A stretch of DNA of 36,632 nucleotides, taken from assembly GCA_000004985.1 (NCBI GenBank), contig GG738976.1; one strand, written 5' to 3'. Source of the stretch: Naegleria gruberi. Its lineage: Eukaryota. The position numbers and the translations under genes are program-made. Of the stretch, positions 30,668 to 36,632 are shown in pieces. The notes beneath the pieces are model-generated. The model was not told the origin of the DNA and did not search any database. It worked only from the letters and a program-made list of their open reading frames with translations. The stretch's first letter is position 1, and the number at the start of each line of letters is the position of its first letter.

Positions 30668-31201
30668 ATGCCAAAACAGCTAGTGTGTCAAAATAGAGAA
30701 GAATCTGCCGTTGGAACTACTTTATCAATGGATAGAGTCGCAATCAACCAATCTTCTCAAAGACCAAATAGTAAACCAGCAACAGCATCACATAGATTGG
30801 GATCCTTTGCATTTCAACCTTATCAATTGTTCAATCCGACTCCCTATGCAACAAAACACAAGGCAACTGATTGTTGTGATGATGTTATCAGTAACGGATC
30901 CAATCATTCAAAATCTTCCGATTCTAAGGAACTACCAATCAATTTGATGACTAGTAACAACAAGGTGGAGAGAATGTCTATCTGTAACGTATCATCTGAA
31001 ACTAGGCAATTACCAAACAGCAAACCATTGTCTCCTCCATCATCGTCATCATCATTAGCAGTTCAAAAGACTTGTCATCCACCAATTACAACTATTACTC
31101 ATGTACCATCACCTGTAACAACTAATGTTGCATTATCTCGTTCTACCCACCACCTAGGCTCTAGTCAACCAAACAGTGTTGTACCACAAATCAAACTACC
31201 A
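30668..31201 (+). CDS. Start of a Ser/Thr/Pro-rich, low-complexity, probably disordered protein. This is the first ATG in a frame that stays open for 607 nt and runs into the N block.
   Basis: MPKQLVCQNREESAVGTTLSMDRVAINQSSQRPNSKPATASHRLGSF...PPSSSSSLAVQKTCHPPITTITHVPSPVTTNVALSRSTHHLGSSQPNSVVPQIKLP. The start context is aaaacaaATGcc. The 'M' shown at 30596 in the ORF track is a TTG codon. Confidence 0.3.
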
Positions 31202-34200
31202 NNNNNNNNNNNNNNNNNNNNNNNNNNNNNNNNNNNNNNNNNNNNNNNNNNNNNNNNNNNNNNNNNNNNNNNNNNNNNNNNNNNNNNNNNNNNNNNNNNN
31301 NNNNNNNNNNNNNNNNNNNNNNNNNNNNNNNNNNNNNNNNNNNNNNNNNNNNNNNNNNNNNNNNNNNNNNNNNNNNNNNNNNNNNNNNNNNNNNNNNNNN
31401 NNNNNNNNNNNNNNNNNNNNNNNNNNNNNNNNNNNNNNNNNNNNNNNNNNNNNNNNNNNNNNNNNNNNNNNNNNNNNNNNNNNNNNNNNNNNNNNNNNNN
31501 NNNNNNNNNNNNNNNNNNNNNNNNNNNNNNNNNNNNNNNNNNNNNNNNNNNNNNNNNNNNNNNNNNNNNNNNNNNNNNNNNNNNNNNNNNNNNNNNNNNN
31601 NNNNNNNNNNNNNNNNNNNNNNNNNNNNNNNNNNNNNNNNNNNNNNNNNNNNNNNNNNNNNNNNNNNNNNNNNNNNNNNNNNNNNNNNNNNNNNNNNNNN
31701 NNNNNNNNNNNNNNNNNNNNNNNNNNNNNNNNNNNNNNNNNNNNNNNNNNNNNNNNNNNNNNNNNNNNNNNNNNNNNNNNNNNNNNNNNNNNNNNNNNNN
31801 NNNNNNNNNNNNNNNNNNNNNNNNNNNNNNNNNNNNNNNNNNNNNNNNNNNNNNNNNNNNNNNNNNNNNNNNNNNNNNNNNNNNNNNNNNNNNNNNNNNN
31901 NNNNNNNNNNNNNNNNNNNNNNNNNNNNNNNNNNNNNNNNNNNNNNNNNNNNNNNNNNNNNNNNNNNNNNNNNNNNNNNNNNNNNNNNNNNNNNNNNNNN
32001 NNNNNNNNNNNNNNNNNNNNNNNNNNNNNNNNNNNNNNNNNNNNNNNNNNNNNNNNNNNNNNNNNNNNNNNNNNNNNNNNNNNNNNNNNNNNNNNNNNNN
32101 NNNNNNNNNNNNNNNNNNNNNNNNNNNNNNNNNNNNNNNNNNNNNNNNNNNNNNNNNNNNNNNNNNNNNNNNNNNNNNNNNNNNNNNNNNNNNNNNNNNN
32201 NNNNNNNNNNNNNNNNNNNNNNNNNNNNNNNNNNNNNNNNNNNNNNNNNNNNNNNNNNNNNNNNNNNNNNNNNNNNNNNNNNNNNNNNNNNNNNNNNNNN
32301 NNNNNNNNNNNNNNNNNNNNNNNNNNNNNNNNNNNNNNNNNNNNNNNNNNNNNNNNNNNNNNNNNNNNNNNNNNNNNNNNNNNNNNNNNNNNNNNNNNNN
32401 NNNNNNNNNNNNNNNNNNNNNNNNNNNNNNNNNNNNNNNNNNNNNNNNNNNNNNNNNNNNNNNNNNNNNNNNNNNNNNNNNNNNNNNNNNNNNNNNNNNN
32501 NNNNNNNNNNNNNNNNNNNNNNNNNNNNNNNNNNNNNNNNNNNNNNNNNNNNNNNNNNNNNNNNNNNNNNNNNNNNNNNNNNNNNNNNNNNNNNNNNNNN
32601 NNNNNNNNNNNNNNNNNNNNNNNNNNNNNNNNNNNNNNNNNNNNNNNNNNNNNNNNNNNNNNNNNNNNNNNNNNNNNNNNNNNNNNNNNNNNNNNNNNNN
32701 NNNNNNNNNNNNNNNNNNNNNNNNNNNNNNNNNNNNNNNNNNNNNNNNNNNNNNNNNNNNNNNNNNNNNNNNNNNNNNNNNNNNNNNNNNNNNNNNNNNN
32801 NNNNNNNNNNNNNNNNNNNNNNNNNNNNNNNNNNNNNNNNNNNNNNNNNNNNNNNNNNNNNNNNNNNNNNNNNNNNNNNNNNNNNNNNNNNNNNNNNNNN
32901 NNNNNNNNNNNNNNNNNNNNNNNNNNNNNNNNNNNNNNNNNNNNNNNNNNNNNNNNNNNNNNNNNNNNNNNNNNNNNNNNNNNNNNNNNNNNNNNNNNNN
33001 NNNNNNNNNNNNNNNNNNNNNNNNNNNNNNNNNNNNNNNNNNNNNNNNNNNNNNNNNNNNNNNNNNNNNNNNNNNNNNNNNNNNNNNNNNNNNNNNNNNN
33101 NNNNNNNNNNNNNNNNNNNNNNNNNNNNNNNNNNNNNNNNNNNNNNNNNNNNNNNNNNNNNNNNNNNNNNNNNNNNNNNNNNNNNNNNNNNNNNNNNNNN
33201 NNNNNNNNNNNNNNNNNNNNNNNNNNNNNNNNNNNNNNNNNNNNNNNNNNNNNNNNNNNNNNNNNNNNNNNNNNNNNNNNNNNNNNNNNNNNNNNNNNNN
33301 NNNNNNNNNNNNNNNNNNNNNNNNNNNNNNNNNNNNNNNNNNNNNNNNNNNNNNNNNNNNNNNNNNNNNNNNNNNNNNNNNNNNNNNNNNNNNNNNNNNN
33401 NNNNNNNNNNNNNNNNNNNNNNNNNNNNNNNNNNNNNNNNNNNNNNNNNNNNNNNNNNNNNNNNNNNNNNNNNNNNNNNNNNNNNNNNNNNNNNNNNNNN
33501 NNNNNNNNNNNNNNNNNNNNNNNNNNNNNNNNNNNNNNNNNNNNNNNNNNNNNNNNNNNNNNNNNNNNNNNNNNNNNNNNNNNNNNNNNNNNNNNNNNNN
33601 NNNNNNNNNNNNNNNNNNNNNNNNNNNNNNNNNNNNNNNNNNNNNNNNNNNNNNNNNNNNNNNNNNNNNNNNNNNNNNNNNNNNNNNNNNNNNNNNNNNN
33701 NNNNNNNNNNNNNNNNNNNNNNNNNNNNNNNNNNNNNNNNNNNNNNNNNNNNNNNNNNNNNNNNNNNNNNNNNNNNNNNNNNNNNNNNNNNNNNNNNNNN
33801 NNNNNNNNNNNNNNNNNNNNNNNNNNNNNNNNNNNNNNNNNNNNNNNNNNNNNNNNNNNNNNNNNNNNNNNNNNNNNNNNNNNNNNNNNNNNNNNNNNNN
33901 NNNNNNNNNNNNNNNNNNNNNNNNNNNNNNNNNNNNNNNNNNNNNNNNNNNNNNNNNNNNNNNNNNNNNNNNNNNNNNNNNNNNNNNNNNNNNNNNNNNN
34001 NNNNNNNNNNNNNNNNNNNNNNNNNNNNNNNNNNNNNNNNNNNNNNNNNNNNNNNNNNNNNNNNNNNNNNNNNNNNNNNNNNNNNNNNNNNNNNNNNNNN
34101 NNNNNNNNNNNNNNNNNNNNNNNNNNNNNNNNNNNNNNNNNNNNNNNNNNNNNNNNNNNNNNNNNNNNNNNNNNNNNNNNNNNNNNNNNNNNNNNNNNNN

Positions 34201-35512
34201 NNNNNNNNNNNNNNNNNNNNNNNNNNNNNNNNNNNNNNNNNNNNNNNNNNNNNNNNNNNNNNNNNNNNNNNNNNNNNNNNNNNNNNNNNNNNNNNNNNNN
34301 NNNNNNNNNNNNNNNNNNNNNNNNNNNNNNNNNNNNNNNNNNNNNNNNNNNNNNNNNNNNNNNNNNNNNNNNNNNNNNNNNNNNNNNNNNNNNNNNNNNN
34401 NNNNNNNNNNNNNNNNNNNNNNNNNNNNNNNNNNNNNNNNNNNNNNNNNNNNNNNNNNNNNNNNNNNNNNNNNNNNNNNNNNNNNNNNNNNNNNNNNNNN
34501 NNNNNNNNNNNNNNNNNNNNNNNNNNNNNNNNNNNNNNNNNNNNNNNNNNNNNNNNNNNNNNNNNNNNNNNNNNNNNNNNNNNNNNNNNNNNNNNNNNNN
34601 NNNNNNNNNNNNNNNNNNNNNNNNNNNNNNNNNNNNNNNNNNNNNNNNNNNNNNNNNNNNNNNNNNNNNNNNNNNNNNNNNNNNNNNNNNNNNNNNNNNN
34701 NNNNNNNNNNNNNNNNNNNNNNNNNNNNNNNNNNNNNNNNNNNNNNNNNNNNNNNNNNNNNNNNNNNNNNNNNNNNNNNNNNNNNNNNNNNNNNNNNNNN
34801 NNNNNNNNNNNNNNNNNNNNNNNNNNNNNNNNNNNNNNNNNNNNNNNNNNNNNNNNNNNNNNNNNNNNNNNNNNNNNNNNNNNNNNNNNNNNNNNNNNNN
34901 NNNNNNNNNNNNNNNNNNNNNNNNNNNNNNNNNNNNNNNNNNNNNNNNNNNNNNNNNNNNNNNNNNNNNNNNNNNNNNNNNNNNNNNNNNNNNNNNNNNN
35001 NNNNNNNNNNNNNNNNNNNNNNNNNNNNNNNNNNNNNNNNNNNNNNNNNNNNNNNNNNNNNNNNNNNNNNNNNNNNNNNNNNNNNNNNNNNNNNNNNNNN
35101 NNNNNNNNNNNNNNNNNNNNNNNNNNNNNNNNNNNNNNNNNNNNNNNNNNNNNNNNNNNNNNNNNNNNNNNNNNNNNNNNNNNNNNNNNNNNNNNNNNNN
35201 NNNNNNNNNNNNNNNNNNNNNNNNNNNNNNNNNNNNNNNNNNNNNNNNNNNNNNNNNNNNNNNNNNNNNNNNNNNNNNNNNNNNNNNNNNNNNNNNNNNN
35301 NNNNNNNNNNNNNNNNNNNNNNNNNNNNNNNNNNNNNNNNNNNNNNNNNNNNNNNNNNNNNNNNNNNNNNNNNNNNNNNNNNNNNNNNNNNNNNNNNNNN
35401 NNNNNNNNNNNNNNNNNNNNNNNNNNNNNNNNNNNNNNNNNNNNNNNNNNNNNNNNNNNNNNNNNNNNNNNNNNNNNNNNNNNNNNNNNNNNNNNNNNNN
35501 NNNNNNNNNNNN
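31202..35512. other. Block of 4,311 N.
   Basis: Literal run of n characters. Confidence 1.
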
Positions 35513-36138
35513 ACTTGACAATCAAATAGTGTTATTGGCAATACCTCTCACTCTTAAATAATATGTAATACAAAACCCATCTCAATAACAAATATTTCGA
35601 AATCAATACAGTCAAATGTTATCATCATCACTCTACAATTTTTTCACAAGTTATTTCCGCCCAATTTAACGATATTCATCAATTTGGCACTCTCTTTCCC
35701 CTCTGTGAATTTTCCATTTAAAAGGCATTACTCATTTTTAACTGAATTTTCTGTAAAAGAAGAGAGGAATGTTTTTTTGGAGGTTGTGCCGTAAGTACAG
35801 TGGTTCATGGATGATTTGAAGAAAGGGCAGACAAACAACTTGTTGTAAAGAGACGCACACTAGAGAGTTTTAACAAGTTAAAAAACAGTGTCAATTGGTT
35901 GCTCTCTGATCCTCTTTTACTTTCGATTGGTTTCGTATATCGTAGTTATTGGACTAAGAGTATCGACGATAGTGGAAGATTTTAAAGGATTTTGGGTAAT
36001 AATTATTTTATGGGGTAGGTTTTACTTGTCAACGTTCTAGTTCACCTTCTTGCCTGTCAAAAATACAAAAAAAGGACGAAATATTATCTCTTAAAGTTTT
36101 GATGAGAATTGAATAATCAATCAATAGAAAATTATAAA

Positions 36139-36205
36139 ATGTTAACCCAAAAGTATAATCCCAAGATGAAACTTGGTAGTGGAGCAGAAGGATTAGTTTA
36201 TTTAG
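36139..36205 (+). CDS. Exon 1 of a Ser/Thr protein kinase (NEK/NIMA-like). It reads MLTQKYNPKMKLGSGAEGLVYL followed by 1 nt, and contains the glycine-rich loop.
   Basis: The GSGAEGLVY segment is a G-x-G-x-x-G-x-V P-loop. The donor GTTCGT is at 36206. Phase 1 joins exon 2 to give ...GLVYLVEEKSTNKLFAIKMI, the canonical Gly-loop to VAIK spacing. The start context is aaattataaaATGtt. Confidence 0.6.
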
Positions 36206-36331
36206 GTTCGTATACCTATTCGAAATATATATTGACATTAGGAAACATATTATTTCATCATCATTTTCAATAATAATAACAATAATAACAATAATTCATC
36301 ATCATCATCATCATCGTGATCACAACTCCAG
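36206..36331 (+). other. Kinase intron 1, 126 nt (GTTCGT...CTCCAG). It is phase 1 and contains a compound microsatellite.
   Basis: The donor and acceptor are flanked by a protein-level join that recreates the kinase subdomain I to II spacing. The intron has an in-frame stop, so retention would truncate the protein. Confidence 0.55.
36269..36315 (+). repeat. Compound microsatellite inside kinase intron 1, (AAT/AAC)n followed by (TCA)n.
   Basis: Sequence aataataataacaataataacaataat tcatcatcatcatcatcatc. Confidence 0.6.
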
Positions 36332-36542
36332 TCGAGGAAAAATCCACCAACAAACTATTCGCCATCAAAATGATTACTCTCTTTGAGGAAGAAAATTTTG
36401 AAAAGATTAAAAAGGAAGTCGATTTGGTTCGGAAGTTTCATGAACACAACAATATTGTGAGGTATTTTGATTATTTTGAGGAGAGAACCATTGATGCTTT
36501 TGCAGGTGTTGAATTGAGACTCTTCTTTGTTATGGAATATTG
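36332..36542 (+). CDS. Exon 2 of the NEK/NIMA-like kinase. It carries subdomains II to V: VAIK lysine, the C-helix glutamate, HxNIVRY, and VMEY plus tg.
   Basis: VEEKSTNKLFAIKMITLFEEENFEKIKKEVDLVRKFHEHNNIVRYFDYFEERTIDAFAGVELRLFFVMEY. Compare NEK2 ...VWKELDYGSMTEAEKQMLVSEVNLLRELKHPNIVRYYDRIIDRTNTTLYIVMEYC. The donor GTAAGTAA is at 36543. The split codon tg plus N most likely completes MEYC. The gene continues beyond the window. Confidence 0.7.
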
Positions 36543-36632
36543 GTAAGTAATTTATATATTTGATTTGTTATATATTCAGTATATTATATTATATTCAAAT
36601 TTGCTATTATTATTATGTGTTTTTCAATATCC

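Noticed and set aside
35795-35915. Possible box C/D snoRNA (ggatgatt ... ctctctgatcc) in the kinase upstream region.
   Set aside because: The putative C box lacks the UGAUGA core. There is no convincing terminal stem and no C' or D' boxes. It is more simply 5'-UTR or promoter sequence, possibly with a 5'-UTR intron.
1-36632. A prokaryotic-style novel defence, CRISPR, toxin-antitoxin or secretion system.
   Set aside because: The visible sequence is unambiguously eukaryotic: GTAAGT/CAG introns, AATAAA signals, and kinase, SPRTN, NUDT2 and NHL genes. There are no direct-repeat/spacer arrays, no operon structure and no Shine-Dalgarno motifs. Anything of that sort would have to be inside the N blocks, which I cannot read.

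Overview
About 81% of this window is hard N: 2373-23307 (20,935 nt), 24679-29009 (4,331 nt) and 31202-35512 (4,311 nt). Only about 7.05 kb of real sequence is readable, in five islands. What is readable is clearly a compact, AT-rich eukaryotic nuclear locus, not prokaryotic. It has short spliceosomal introns (65-126 nt) with GTAAGT or GTTCGT donors and TTTCAG, CAG or CCAG acceptors. It has AATAAA poly(A) signals just after stop codons and an A-rich AAAAAATG start context at every gene start. It also has poly-Asn, poly-Ser and poly-Thr coding microsatellites. Genes are very closely packed, with divergent starts about 125-220 bp apart and convergent stops about 90-210 bp apart. Genes I can support: (1) a minus-strand hypothetical gene running off the left edge (1-351); (2) a small NHL-repeat protein on the minus strand (1430 to 888) interrupted by one in-frame TGA; (3) a SprT/Spartan-type metalloprotease gene (plus, 1649 to gap); (4) the C-terminal 104 codons of a GH1 beta-glucosidase (plus, 23308-23622); (5) the last two exons of an unidentified minus-strand gene (24678-24169, intron, 24050-23835); (6) an intronless Nudix Ap4A-hydrolase (NUDT2-like) gene (29228-29845); (7) a Ser/Thr/Pro-rich ORF (30668 to gap); (8) the first two exons of a NEK/NIMA-like Ser/Thr kinase (36139-36205, 36332-36542), with a phase-1 intron inside the glycine-rich loop. 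There is no CRISPR array, rRNA, tRNA, transposase or prokaryotic defence or secretion system in the visible sequence, so I cannot support the 'novel system' hypothesis from what is visible. The kilobase-scale ORFs in the supplied track that run through the N blocks are artefacts. The most unusual visible signals are listed next. First, the in-frame TGA that splits the NHL gene. Second, an approximately 41-bp element about 83% conserved between two different convergent-gene 3' intergenic regions (799-839 and 23689-23729). Third, tail-to-tail gene pairs whose poly(A) signals imply overlapping 3' UTRs. Fourth, a possible two-exon, tail-anchored-like micro-gene (477-799) whose stop codon overlaps AATAAA.
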